A stretch of 64,000 nt of DNA, taken from positions 512,001-576,000 of the forward strand of contig CAWBZI010000006.1 of the NCBI GenBank assembly GCA_963793265.1, given 5' to 3'. Both the position numbers and the translations under genes were made by a program. Positions 19,841 through 30,045 of this stretch are shown here, one piece after another; the stretch's first letter is position 1; each line of letters starts with the position of its first letter. The stretch comes from an uncultured cyanobacterium. Its GTDB lineage: Bacteria > Cyanobacteriota > Cyanobacteriia > Phormidesmidales > Phormidesmidaceae. The notes beneath the pieces are model-generated. The model saw only the letters and a list, made by a program, of their open reading frames with translations. It ran no database searches and was not told where the DNA came from.

Positions 19841-21317
19841 TCACACCTCCTCTTCCCCATAGCCCAACACCTCCAAATTCCGCCGAATCACCGCATCCAG
19901 CCGTTCCCCCTCCCTCATCTGCCCATACAGCCTCTTCGTCAGCCCCTTCATCTTCACCTCAAACGGAATCCCATCATCCTCAATCGGCGCTGCCCCCACA
20001 TAGCGCCCTGGCGTCAGCACAAAATCATTCGCCGCAATCTCCGCCAGCGTCGCCGCCTTACAAAACCCCGGCTCATCAGCATACTCACCCCCCGTAGCCT
20101 CACCGCGCCAGGCATGATACGTCTCAGCAATCGTCTCAATATCCTTATCCGTCAGCGCCTTATGCGTACGATCCACCATGCTCCCCTCATTACGAGCATC
20201 GATAAACAAAGTCTCTCCTGAGCGATCGCGATATCCCCGCTCCCCATCAGCCCCCTTATCCTTCGTCAAAAACCACAGGCACACCGGAATCTGCGTCGTA
20301 TAAAAAAGCTGCCCCGGCAGCGCAATCATGCAGTCCACCAAATCATTCTCAATCAGCTTTTGCCGAATCGCCCCCTCCCCACTCGTATTCGTACTCATCG
20401 AGCCATTCGCCAGCACAAACCCCGCAACCCCGCGCGCCGAAAGCTTACTCACCATATGCAAAATCCAGGCATAGTTCGCATTCCCCGTCGGCGGCACCTC
20501 ATAGCCGCGCCACCTCGGGTCATCCGTCAGCTCATCAGTCGCCCGCCACTTCTTTTGGTTAAACGGCGGATTATCCATTACATAGTCTGCCTTCAAATCA
20601 GGATGCTGATCTTTAAAAAAGGTATCCGCCGCCACCTCTCCTAAGTTCGCCGAAATCCCACGCACCGCCAGATTCATCTTCCCCAGCTTAGCAGCAAGGG
20701 TCATACACCACCCCCTTAAAGGGCTCAATCATCTCAGCAATCAAATTCACCACACACTTCGGCGTATAAAACTTACCGCCACCCTTGCCTTCAGCCGCCG
20801 CAAACTTCCCCAAAAAATACTCATACACCCGGCCCACCACGTCCTCTTCCGGGTTCCCCACCGTATCAATCTTGTCAATCTCATCAATCAACGACGCCAG
20901 CTTTTTCGCATCTAGCCCTAGCCGTGAAAAATAATTATCCGGCAGCGCCCTGGTGAGCGTTTTGTTCTTCTTCTCAATCGTATGCAGCGCCGTGTCCACA
21001 ATCACCGCAATATTCTCTTGCTTCGCATTCTTTTGAATAAAGCGCCAGCGAGACTCTTCCGAGAGGTAAAACACATTGTCTTTGTTGTAAAAAGCAGGAA
21101 TCTCCACATACTTCTGTTGCCCCGCATCTATCAGCGCCTGCCGCTGCATCTCAAACTTATCGCTCACAAACTTCAAAAAGATCAGGCTCAGCACCACATG
21201 CTTATACTCCGAAGACTCCACCGTGCCCCGAAGCTGATTGGCCGTGTCCCACAAAGACTCCTCAAACCGTGACGCATCAACGTCCTGCTTTTGCGTCTTG
21301 CCCTTCTTTTTAGCCAT
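19841..21317 (-). pseudogene. hsdM: Type I R-M methyltransferase subunit with an internal deletion and frameshift at about 20690
   Basis: ...YDPCC* is joined directly to [12 protein letters not shown] in another frame; the GSGG...GQE segment is missing; NPPF is present. Confidence 0.9.
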
Positions 21318-21544
21318 GTTATGTCTTCAAAATCTGATTGCTGAGAGAAAAAGCCAAACACTATCATGCCGACTTATCACCGACCCATATTAGAGGTTCA
21401 AAGCCCTTTAAAGCGCCACAAGCGCCCAGCCACCCCACAAACTGATCCTGCGCTGCTAACGGGCGGTTAAGGCCATTCGCTATACTTTTAAGCTCATATT
21501 TAAAGGCTTTGTGCCTTAAAAAAACTTGTGTAAGAGGGTTGTAA

Positions 21545-22258
21545 ATGGCTAGAGCTTGGACAAAACGACTGCCAGCGGCACTGGCGCGGCTCGGCGAAGT
21601 GCGCCTGATTGTCAGCGCGATCGCCCTTCTCTCTTTCATCACACTATCCGTCCTCACCAAAGCCCAAATCGGCTTCGACTTTGAAACCGATCTGATCGTC
21701 TGGCTACAAACCAACATCACAGGCATCTGGGGCTGGCTGCTCTCACTGGTCTACTACTCGGGCGATACCGAGTCAGCAGGTGTAGTCACCGCAGCCGTGC
21801 TGATCTATCTACTGATCAAAAGGTGGTGGCAAGAAGGACTGTGGTTTGCAGTAGCAACCGCTGGGGCGCTGGTGCTCGTCGGTGAAGTCTTCAAGCCACT
21901 ATTCGACAAAGACCGTCCGCCTTTTGTAGACGATCCCTCCATTCACGGGGCCGCTTTTCCAAGTGGCCACGCTACAGGCAACACCATCCTTTATTTTTTT
22001 ATTGCCTATCTAGTCGCTAGCCGCTTTCCTCAGCTCAGCTACCGCCTTCATCTATTTTTCATCGGCTGGCTCATACTGATGGGCTTTGGCAGTATGCGCG
22101 TAGGGGCTCACTGGCTCACAGATATCTTAGGCGGCTACTGTCTGGGCTTTTTGTGGCTGATGGTGTGCCTCACGCTACTGAACGCCTCGGCGCATATTCC
22201 GGGCGTAAAGCGACTGCCGCATCGTAAGGCTGAGACGCGCCCGGCAGCAAAAATATGA
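21545..22258 (+). CDS. PAP2 family phosphatase
   Basis: KxxxxxxRP, FPSGHA, HWLTDILGG. Confidence 0.9.
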   Translation: MARAWTKRLPAALARLGEVRLIVSAIALLSFITLSVLTKAQIGFDFETDLIVWLQTNITGIWGWLLSLVYYSGDTESAGVVTAAVLIYLLIKRWWQEGLWFAVATAGALVLVGEVFKPLFDKDRPPFVDDPSIHGAAFPSGHATGNTILYFFIAYLVASRFPQLSYRLHLFFIGWLILMGFGSMRVGAHWLTDILGGYCLGFLWLMVCLTLLNASAHIPGVKRLPHRKAETRPAAKI

Positions 22259-22482
22259 GCAAACCAAGAAGATATTCTATAAAAGACCTACACTGAAACT
22301 TTTGCGATCCGCGTGTGTCGTGTGATACAAGTACTTGCAACTAAATACGGGCGCAAACACTATAGATTGCGCTTCTTCTTCATAACAGACTATGCCGGTA
22401 ATTTTTCCGGCTTATTCTCGCTGTTGCTGAAGATGTTTTGTATAGCGGCAAGTTTTACAGCGTTTTTTGGGATAGGTGGGCG

Positions 22483-25400
22483 ATGACGCGTAATCTTTAT
22501 GCGCTTTTGGTAGGTATTAACGAATACGACAGGCGATCGCCTATCTCGCCGCTCAAAGGGTGCGTCAACGATATCCGAGGAGCGCAGGCTTACTTAGAGA
22601 GCCGAGTAAACAAAGATCTCTGCGATCTGCATCTGCATATTCTCACTGATGAGCAGGCTACCCGACAGGGCGTTATCGATGGCTTTCGGCAGCATTTAGC
22701 ACAAGCAGGCCCCGAAGACGTGGTGCTGTTTTACTACGCTGGGCATGGCTCGCAGGCAAAAGTCCCTAAAGCGCTAAAAACCCATGCTACCGATCGCCTC
22801 ATGAGTACGCTTGTGTGCCACGACAGCCGGGTAAACGGCCACAACTGGGACATCGCTGATATAGAGCTAGCGCTTTTAATTGTCGAGGTCGATAGGCGCG
22901 GGGCGCATACAGCAGTCATTTTAGACTGCTGCTACACCGGCTCCGACTGGCCCAGTCAAGGTGTACCAGGTGTCGCTATTCGGCGGGCACCCTCTGATTT
23001 ACGAGACAGACCGCTAGAGAGCTTTATTGTCTCTCCAGCAGATGCCAAGCCAGAGGCTAAGAATATTGTGCTTTCTGCCTGCGCACCGATGGAAGCGGCA
23101 AAGGAGTATTACGGTGGTGGCAGACCGCAGGGCGTGTTTTCTCACTTTTTGCAAAAGTCGCTGGCAGCGGCTAATGGCGACTTGAGCTACCGGCAGCTGC
23201 ACCAGCGAACCAACGCGCTCATGCGAAGCAATGTGGTCGATCAGTCTCCGCAGCTAAACGCAGCCCAAGCATCCGATCTGACTCAGCCTTTTTTAGACGG
23301 TGCGATCGCGCCTGCTCCCGCCTACTTCACTGTCAGCCACCATCCCGAAGACGGCTGGATTATCAACGGCGGTGCGGTACACGGATTGCTTGCGCCAACG
23401 GGCGCTGAAACTACGCGGTTAGCGCTGTTTCCCTACTACAGCCCAACGGCGCAGATGGCCTTAATAGAAGAGGCGATCACGCAGACAGCCATCACGCAGG
23501 TGCACCCCCGCTACAGCAAAATTGACGGCAGCGATCTGATCGCAGCAAGCCCCACCGATCTTTTTAAAGCCGTTGTCATTGAGCAGCCTTTGCCGCTGGT
23601 ATCGGTTTATATCGGCGGCGAAATGTCGGGCGTTCGGGCACTGAAGCGAGCGATCGCAACTGCCCACAACCGTCAGCATTCGCTATACGTACAGGCCACC
23701 ACACACCCCAACGACGCCAGCCTCCGCGTATTGGCAGCTAACAACACCTACACCATCACCGATCCAACAGGGGCAAGATCTTTTGCCGAGGTTGTCTTGG
23801 GCTACGACGCGGCTACAGAAGTAGCTAGCAACCTAGAACACATAGCAAAATGGCAGGCAATCACTCAGTTTCCTAGCGCACTAACAACCCCTATTCAGGG
23901 CTCAGTCAATCTCAAAATCTACACAGGCAAAGAGCCCAAAAAAGAAAACGCGACCGAAATTACCAGCGCTCAGATTAGACTGACCTACCAAAATCGCAGC
24001 GGTCAAAACAGCAGCGCGACGGAAAATCAGATCCCGCCCCGATTCCGAATCAAGCTGCACAATCAGAGCAATCAGCCCCTTTACTGCGCCCTGTTTTATC
24101 TCACAGAGCGGTTTAAAGCCGCCGCGATTAAGCCCGATAGCGTCAGTAGCGTCGTGCGGCTGCTGCCGGATCAAGAAATCTGGTTTGCAGGCGGTTCTCC
24201 GCTCAATGGCAGAGTGCCTGATAGCGTTTGGCAAAAGGGCATCACCGAATGCCAGGACATGCTGAAGCTGGTGGCCTGCGTACGTGAGTTTGACCCGACG
24301 CTGATGAACTTAGGCGAGCTAGGGCGCATAGGGCGAAGTGAGGATGGGGAGCGATCGCGTCCGCCCACACCAGGCGGCAGTCTCAACCGGCTCATGCAGC
24401 GCACAACGCATAGAGAGGTCACCTTCTTCGGTTCGCCGCCAAATTACGACGACTGGGTGACTAGCCAGGTAGCCTTTACCTTTGTACGGCCTCAGCTATG
24501 GGTGCCGCTCAATAGTGACGAGGCGATCGCTATCAGCGCATCAGACGATACCAGCGCAACGGTCAAAATGCATCCCCACTCGCAGCTATCTGCCCGCATT
24601 CGGCTTACCAGCATTCCTCAAGCGACTCAGGCCATAGAGCATCCTTTGCCCGCACTGCTACAGGCTGAAACCATACCCTTTGAACTGACCCAAAGCCACA
24701 TAACCGCTGCGGGCTTGAGCGTACTAGAGCTGACCGATCTGGCTGGTTCTATCTCGTCAGAAACGCCGCTGCAGTTAGAAACAGATATGCCTTTGGACGA
24801 GGGCGAGTACGTTGTGCCAGTTGCTTACAATGGCGAGGCTTACGTGTCACTAGGCTACGGTAAAACGCTGCACGGTAGAACGCAGGTGGTGGTTGAGCGC
24901 TTGGTGAAAGCTGAAAATGTGCGATCGCAAAATTCTGTCTATGTCTTTTTGCAAAAGATCAGCGCTCAAAGGCTGAAACGGGTCATTGAGCAGAAGGTGG
25001 GGTTTGCAGAGGAGCGATCGCTATTCGCGACGCTGATCAACTCTATTAATCGATCGACGACAAGCCCCTCAAGCGCAGCTTCAAACAGGGCTCCAGAGCT
25101 GCCCCCAAACGTGACTCCAATTGCTCCAACGATAGCTGCTAAACCCGTTCCAAACGTTGAACCAAAAGCATCTTTGAAGGTGGGTTCGACAGCACCCTCG
25201 AAGGTAGCAGAAACGATCGCCGCCACCCGCCAGCCCAATAAACCAGCCTACACAGCCAAACCAATTCCGCCTGCAAGAGCTGGTACGATCGGGGCTACAA
25301 CGGTCACTGCACCTACCCCAAAACGTCCCCAAAGACATCCAATCTCACAAACAGTCCCTCTGTCGTCACTCCCATCCCCAACCCAAAGCATGTCTTCTAC

Positions 25401-25860
25401 AGACCCTTCTCAAGACCCTTCTCAGCCGCCCTCAAACGAACAGCCGCTTAATCAGCCAGTCAACCAGCCGCTCAACCAGCCGCTCAACCAGCAATCTAGA
25501 CCGCCGTCTCAGCAACCGATTAATCAACCCACGCGTCAGCCGCCCGTCCATCCCCCAGTGCCACCAGCCGCACAGCGACCAGAAGAAACGCCAGAACCAA
25601 CTGAAGTGTACGCACCTCAATATGAGCCGTCTCCTGAATCTCGTAGCTCACCGCTGATGTGGATTTGGGTCGTGTCTACGGCTGTAATTGCTGCAATTGT
25701 CGCGATCGCCTGGCTGCAATACCTCAGTGGCTCCGACTCACCCGATTTAGAAACGCCCGAAGCCAGCCCGACCGTCGAACCGGCCCTACCGGCTGTACCC
25801 GACTCGCCACCTGTAGCACCCGAAAACGCACCTGCCTCTGATGAGTCCGAAGCTAACTGA
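22483..25860 (+). CDS. Caspase-family (peptidase C14) protein with Pro/Gln-rich linker and C-terminal TM helix
   Basis: LLVGINEY, LKGCVND, YAGHGSQ, ILDCC; QPLN repeats; WIWVVSTAVIAAIVAIAW. Confidence 0.88.
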   Translation: MTRNLYALLVGINEYDRRSPISPLKGCVNDIRGAQAYLESRVNKDLCDLHLHILTDEQATRQGVIDGFRQHLAQAGPEDVVLFYYAGHGSQAKVPKALKTHATDRLMSTLVCHDSRVNGHNWDIADIELALLIVEVDRRGAHTAVILDCCYTGSDWPSQGVPGVAIRRAPSDLRDRPLESFIVSPADAKPEAKNIVLSACAPMEAAKEYYGGGRPQGVFSHFLQKSLAAANGDLSYRQLHQRTNALMRSNVVDQSPQLNAAQASDLTQPFLDGAIAPAPAYFTVSHHPEDGWIINGGAVHGLLAPTGAETTRLALFPYYSPTAQMALIEEAITQTAITQVHPRYSKIDGSDLIAASPTDLFKAVVIEQPLPLVSVYIGGEMSGVRALKRAIATAHNRQHSLYVQATTHPNDASLRVLAANNTYTITDPTGARSFAEVVLGYDAATEVASNLEHIAKWQAITQFPSALTTPIQGSVNLKIYTGKEPKKENATEITSAQIRLTYQNRSGQNSSATENQIPPRFRIKLHNQSNQPLYCALFYLTERFKAAAIKPDSVSSVVRLLPDQEIWFAGGSPLNGRVPDSVWQKGITECQDMLKLVACVREFDPTLMNLGELGRIGRSEDGERSRPPTPGGSLNRLMQRTTHREVTFFGSPPNYDDWVTSQVAFTFVRPQLWVPLNSDEAIAISASDDTSATVKMHPHSQLSARIRLTSIPQATQAIEHPLPALLQAETIPFELTQSHITAAGLSVLELTDLAGSISSETPLQLETDMPLDEGEYVVPVAYNGEAYVSLGYGKTLHGRTQVVVERLVKAENVRSQNSVYVFLQKISAQRLKRVIEQKVGFAEERSLFATLINSINRSTTSPSSAASNRAPELPPNVTPIAPTIAAKPVPNVEPKASLKVGSTAPSKVAETIAATRQPNKPAYTAKPIPPARAGTIGATTVTAPTPKRPQRHPISQTVPLSSLPSPTQSMSSTDPSQDPSQPPSNEQPLNQPVNQPLNQPLNQQSRPPSQQPINQPTRQPPVHPPVPPAAQRPEETPEPTEVYAPQYEPSPESRSSPLMWIWVVSTAVIAAIVAIAWLQYLSGSDSPDLETPEASPTVEPALPAVPDSPPVAPENAPASDESEAN

Positions 25861-25891
25861 AGCCAGTTAGTCTAAGGCTGTGCAAACTCAA

Positions 25892-26635
25892 TTAGTCTGC
25901 ATTAGTGCTGCTGTCAGCAGGTTCAACGTTTGCCTCAACCTCTTTGGCTTTAGCTTTCTCTGCCTTCTCTTGCTCGCGCTTAGCCTGCTTCTTCTTCTCC
26001 GCATCAATCATGTCTTTCATGACCACCTGCGCCTGCGCCATCTTCTCCAAGTTGCCGCGATAAATCTCAATATCCTTCTTCACCAGCTCATCATTCAGAC
26101 CCAGTGTCTCAGCGATCTCGCCCAGCAGCGCCTCTCGCTTTTCCTTGTCTGTAAGCACCTCGGCATCAATCGCCTCAATCACGTTATACAAACCCGTCAC
26201 AAACAACCGGCTGTACTTAAACTTAGGATTGGTAATCACCTTATGGAGGTTGCCCTTAAGCGCATCGCCGCCGCTGGTTTTGGCCTCTTCTAGCATCGTC
26301 TTAAAGGCGTCTACAGAAGGCACGCTCTTAGCTGCCTCTAGCACCTCAATCGCATCGCGACGATACTGCGCCGGGTCGCCTTCTACCGCCTTAATAATGG
26401 CCTCATAGATTGGCTCTCGATCGGCTTCAGGCTCGTAGCCCGCCATAAACCGGTCGAATACGCTAACGACGCCGAGGGCATAAATGGAATCGTAAGAAAA
26501 GTCTACGTTTACGAGGAGCAAATGCATTTCGACCATTAGCTCTTCAACCACACGGCGATAAATCGCGCTGATGGGGCGAGTGTGCGTGCCGTAGAAAGCT
26601 CGCTTTGTATCTGATACCGTGCGGACGTTGTTCAC
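25892..26635 (-). CDS. psb29: Photosystem II biogenesis protein Psb29/THF1
   Basis: RTVSDTKRAFY...IYRRVVEELMVEMHLL, FKYSRLF. Confidence 0.95.
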   Translation of the reverse strand: MNNVRTVSDTKRAFYGTHTRPISAIYRRVVEELMVEMHLLLVNVDFSYDSIYALGVVSVFDRFMAGYEPEADREPIYEAIIKAVEGDPAQYRRDAIEVLEAAKSVPSVDAFKTMLEEAKTSGGDALKGNLHKVITNPKFKYSRLFVTGLYNVIEAIDAEVLTDKEKREALLGEIAETLGLNDELVKKDIEIYRGNLEKMAQAQVVMKDMIDAEKKKQAKREQEKAEKAKAKEVEANVEPADSSTNAD

Positions 26636-26797
26636 AAGTAAACGCTCTTTAGTTGAATACTATTTGTAAACATATTGTTACGCTTCTTATGTCCCTTTGC
26701 CAAGCAGTTTGTTTCAAAAATGCAGTGTATATTACAGCCCATAAAGCGATTTGATGGGCCTTTATACTTAATCTATTCAGTATCTGACACACCGTAT

Positions 26798-27430
26798 ATG
26801 GTCGCTTCTCCCCTGAACACGCTGGTAGATTATTTAACGGGCGAATTTGAAAACAAAGCTCAAGCTGCCGAATCGACTGCCTGGTTCGTTCACTTAAGGC
26901 TGTGGCAGCGGCTCGTCCCGGCGCTTTCTACTGAAAATCTATACACCTTATTTTTAGAGCAGGCCAGCGTCGTAGGCAACAAGCCGCCCTACCGGCAGCG
27001 CATTTTGCAGCTTCGAGCAGAAGGCGCTGAGCTAAGAGGAGAATACTTTGCCCTTGCAGATCCGACTGAGTTCTTAGGCGCAGGGACAAATCCTGAACGG
27101 CTGGTCAAAATGTCTGAGGCTGATTTGATGAGCTTGCCGGGCAGTGAAGCACATATTCAGTATCGAGCAGTAGAGGGCGGCTATCAGTTTAAGTCGGCGC
27201 TACCTGATGGCAAGCTGTGCTCGTTTGAATATGGCGGGCAGCGGCGATATGTGTACCTGGGGTTTGACGTAAAACCGCGTTTCGGTAGTAGTTCAGGCAG
27301 TGATTCGGCTGGCGATTCGACTGGTGATATAGAACTACTGACCTACGACAAAGGAATAGACCCCGACACAGGTCGAGGTCTATGGGGTGCTCTGATGGGG
27401 CCGTTTCGCATGATCAAGTCAGCCAGTTAG
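26798..27430 (+). CDS. CpcT/CpeT family chromophore lyase
   Basis: GEFENKAQA, WFVHLRLWQR, PYRQR, YDKGIDP...WGA. Confidence 0.88.
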   Translation: MVASPLNTLVDYLTGEFENKAQAAESTAWFVHLRLWQRLVPALSTENLYTLFLEQASVVGNKPPYRQRILQLRAEGAELRGEYFALADPTEFLGAGTNPERLVKMSEADLMSLPGSEAHIQYRAVEGGYQFKSALPDGKLCSFEYGGQRRYVYLGFDVKPRFGSSSGSDSAGDSTGDIELLTYDKGIDPDTGRGLWGALMGPFRMIKSAS

Positions 27431-27459
27431 TCGGCCATTTAAACAAACTTTAAACAAAG

Positions 27460-27840
27460 TTAGGCGACAGCCGCGTTGTAAGGACATGCTAACGCCTCTT
27501 CTTCAGTTTCATAAATCTCGAATACTGAGTCCATCATGGTGACCTCAAAAACGAGTTTGGCTTCGGGGTGCACGTTGCAAATGCGAAAGCTGCCTTCGGT
27601 TTTGTCAGCATCGCGCATTCCAGCGACTAAAGACGTAAGGCCCGAGCTGTCGATGAAGTTGACTTCACTAAGGTTGACTAGAATGTGGGGCGTTTCTGTC
27701 GAAATGGTTTCTTGTAGCTTGAGCCGAAACTGCCAGGCCGTTGTAATATCTAGCCGCCCGGTGGGGGCCAAAATCACAACCTGATTACCGTCTGGGGTGG
27801 TGAAATCTCGCTGCTCCATACCGCTGCTGTCACTCTTCAT
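27460..27840 (-). CDS. STAS-domain anti-sigma factor antagonist
   Basis: GRLDITTA, VNFIDSSGLTSL; start uncertain. Confidence 0.9.
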   Translation of the reverse strand: MKSDSSGMEQRDFTTPDGNQVVILAPTGRLDITTAWQFRLKLQETISTETPHILVNLSEVNFIDSSGLTSLVAGMRDADKTEGSFRICNVHPEAKLVFEVTMMDSVFEIYETEEEALACPYNAAVA

Positions 27841-27972
27841 ATAGATCTTCAAAGACGCTTGTAGCGCCTTTCTTGACCTTTAGAGTGCCCACAGCTAATT
27901 ACCGGCTTACCTCCGTAAACAAACGGAATTGATGGGATTTTAAGCCCTGTCACCCGCCCGTCAAACTACCCG

Positions 27973-29040
27973 CTAGGCCGTCATATTTGCCCAGTCTTGA
28001 GGCTGAAGGAATACGTCGTAAAGCTTGGCTTCAGGCGTGCCTGGCTCGGGATGGTAGTTATATTCCCAGCGCACCATCGGCGGCAAAGACATCAAGATAG
28101 ATTCGGTGCGACCGTTAGTTTGCAGGCCAAATAGGGTGCCTCTATCGAACACCAGATTAAATTCTACATAGCGGCCCCGGCGATAGAGCTGAAAGTCGCG
28201 TTCCTTCTCGGTGTATTCGTTGCCAGCATTCCTGTCTACAATCGGAACGTAGGCGGGTAAAAAGGCGTCGCCACAGTCCACAGCAAAGCTAAAGATATCC
28301 TCCCAACTGCGTTTTGGGGCCTTGCCTGCCTGCTTGCTGTAGAGCGCGGCTGGGCCGTCTTGGTTGTGACCGCGATAGAGTTCGCCGCGCTGGCCATTTT
28401 GGTAGTCAAAAAAGATGCCGCCGACGCCTCTAGGTTCGGCGCGGTGCTTGAGAAAAAAGTACTCGTCGCACCAGCGTTTGAAGTTGGGGTAGTAATCAGG
28501 GTTGTGCTTGTCGCAGGCGTCTTTTAGGGTTTTGTGAAAGTGAATGACATCGGCTTCGGTAGTGTAGTAGGGGGTGAGATCGATGCCGCCGCCAAACCAC
28601 CAAACCGGGCCTGCTTCAAAATAGCGGTAGTTGAGGTGGACGGTGGGGATGTAAGGATTGCGTGGGTGCAGCACCATGGAGGTGCCGGTGGCGTAAAACT
28701 GGTGGCCTTCTGCCTCGGGGCGCTTGCTGAGAATAGAAGGCGGAAGCTTATCGCCCCACACTTCCGAAAAGCCGACGCCGCCCTGCTCAAAGATGTCGCC
28801 TTCTTTCATTACTCTAGAGCGACCGCCGCCGCCTTCGGGCCTTTGCCAGGCGTCTTCTTGAAATTTGCCAGTGCCGTCAACGGCTTCTAGCTTTTTACAG
28901 ATGCGATCTTGGAGTCCTTTAAAGGCGTTGCTGACGCGTTCTCGCGAGCCTTCAGGTGGTAGCGTCAGGTTCGGAGCTTCTACAGCAGCGGACTCTGGGT
29001 TTTCCTTGGGGCGAACAGCCTTAGCCGGGGAGATCGTCAT
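27973..29040 (-). CDS. hemF: Oxygen-dependent coproporphyrinogen III oxidase
   Basis: [36 protein letters not shown]. Confidence 0.97.
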   Translation of the reverse strand: MTISPAKAVRPKENPESAAVEAPNLTLPPEGSRERVSNAFKGLQDRICKKLEAVDGTGKFQEDAWQRPEGGGGRSRVMKEGDIFEQGGVGFSEVWGDKLPPSILSKRPEAEGHQFYATGTSMVLHPRNPYIPTVHLNYRYFEAGPVWWFGGGIDLTPYYTTEADVIHFHKTLKDACDKHNPDYYPNFKRWCDEYFFLKHRAEPRGVGGIFFDYQNGQRGELYRGHNQDGPAALYSKQAGKAPKRSWEDIFSFAVDCGDAFLPAYVPIVDRNAGNEYTEKERDFQLYRRGRYVEFNLVFDRGTLFGLQTNGRTESILMSLPPMVRWEYNYHPEPGTPEAKLYDVFLQPQDWANMTA

Positions 29041-29252
29041 AGTGTCAATAACTGTCTTTTATTTTAGTCAAACACGATTTAAGAATTTATTGCATTTTTG
29101 AAACAGAGCGTGACAATTTTTGACAGTTTCCGGGTAGCCGAACGAGTGGTTAAACACGCCTTATGAACGGGTTATTGGTAGACGCGATCGCTTAAACTAA
29201 ATAAAGCCTTTTAAGTACATTCGCTGAGCAATCAAGCGATGGAGTAGACGCG

Positions 29253-29906
29253 ATGAGGCGATCGCTTGTGAAGTGGCTTCAGCAAAAGCAAAAGAGTTTG
29301 GGAATTTGGCTAGCTCGGGTAAAAAGCCGACTCGCTTCGGTTTGGCACGACTGGCGCGTAGCTGAAATGAATGCCATGCGATCACAAGGCTTATGGAGCA
29401 GCGGCGAAACCGCTAAGACCTGTGAAAGTAGCCACTACTGGGCGACTAGCAGCGCCTCTGCTGAAACGCTCTGGCAAATGGTCACCGATCTAGCCGATTT
29501 AGCGACGTGGCATCCCCTTATTGCCTCTACTAACGCGCCGCGCGGTCAAAAGGCTAAGCCAGGCTTAATCTACAGAGTCGCCAGCCGTTATTTCCCTATC
29601 TCTACTCAAATATTTGTTGAGCGAGTGCTGCCCGGCGAGCTGCTGAGCATTCGTTTATTCCCGCTGCCGGGGCTACAGGAGCGCGTGACCTATCGAATTA
29701 TCTCGACGCTCTGCGGCACCTGCGTGCTGTATTCGATTACTCTGAGCGGCTGGCTTTCCCCGCTGGCCTGGCCGGTTGTAAAGCCTCATGCGACTAAAGT
29801 GGCAGCGGCTTTGGTTGAGGCGGCTGAGCAGTCTCGGGTAGACGGAGAGCGGGGTGTAGTGGGTGTGCGATCGCGTTCAAAGACAGACATATTCGGCTCT
29901 ACATAG
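29253..29906 (+). CDS. SRPBCC/polyketide cyclase family protein
   Basis: ASAETLWQMVTDLADLATWHP; start uncertain. Confidence 0.7.
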   Translation: MRRSLVKWLQQKQKSLGIWLARVKSRLASVWHDWRVAEMNAMRSQGLWSSGETAKTCESSHYWATSSASAETLWQMVTDLADLATWHPLIASTNAPRGQKAKPGLIYRVASRYFPISTQIFVERVLPGELLSIRLFPLPGLQERVTYRIISTLCGTCVLYSITLSGWLSPLAWPVVKPHATKVAAALVEAAEQSRVDGERGVVGVRSRSKTDIFGST

Positions 29907-29952
29907 ATCGGCTCTACATAGATCGGCTCCACATAGATCGGCTTTACATAGA
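29893..29952 (+). repeat. 4 x 15-bp tandem repeat TCGGCTCTACATAGA covering the stop codon
   Basis: Direct reading; units differ by at most 1 nt and have no spacers. Confidence 0.95.
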
Positions 29953-30045
29953 ACAATACAAATTCGCAGGCTCGCATCGCCTCGCGCTAATATCTTCAAG
30001 TAGCGCCAGCCTTTTCAACTGCCTTTTCAAAATTTCTTCCAATTA

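Noticed and set aside
20680..20730. Programmed frameshift or phase variation in hsdM
   Set aside because: A conserved segment is missing altogether, so a frame correction would not restore function; no slippery tract at the junction
25880..26293. 137-aa plus-strand ORF
   Set aside because: Antisense to psb29
29893..29952. Possible CRISPR array
   Set aside because: 15-bp head-to-tail units with no spacers and no cas genes
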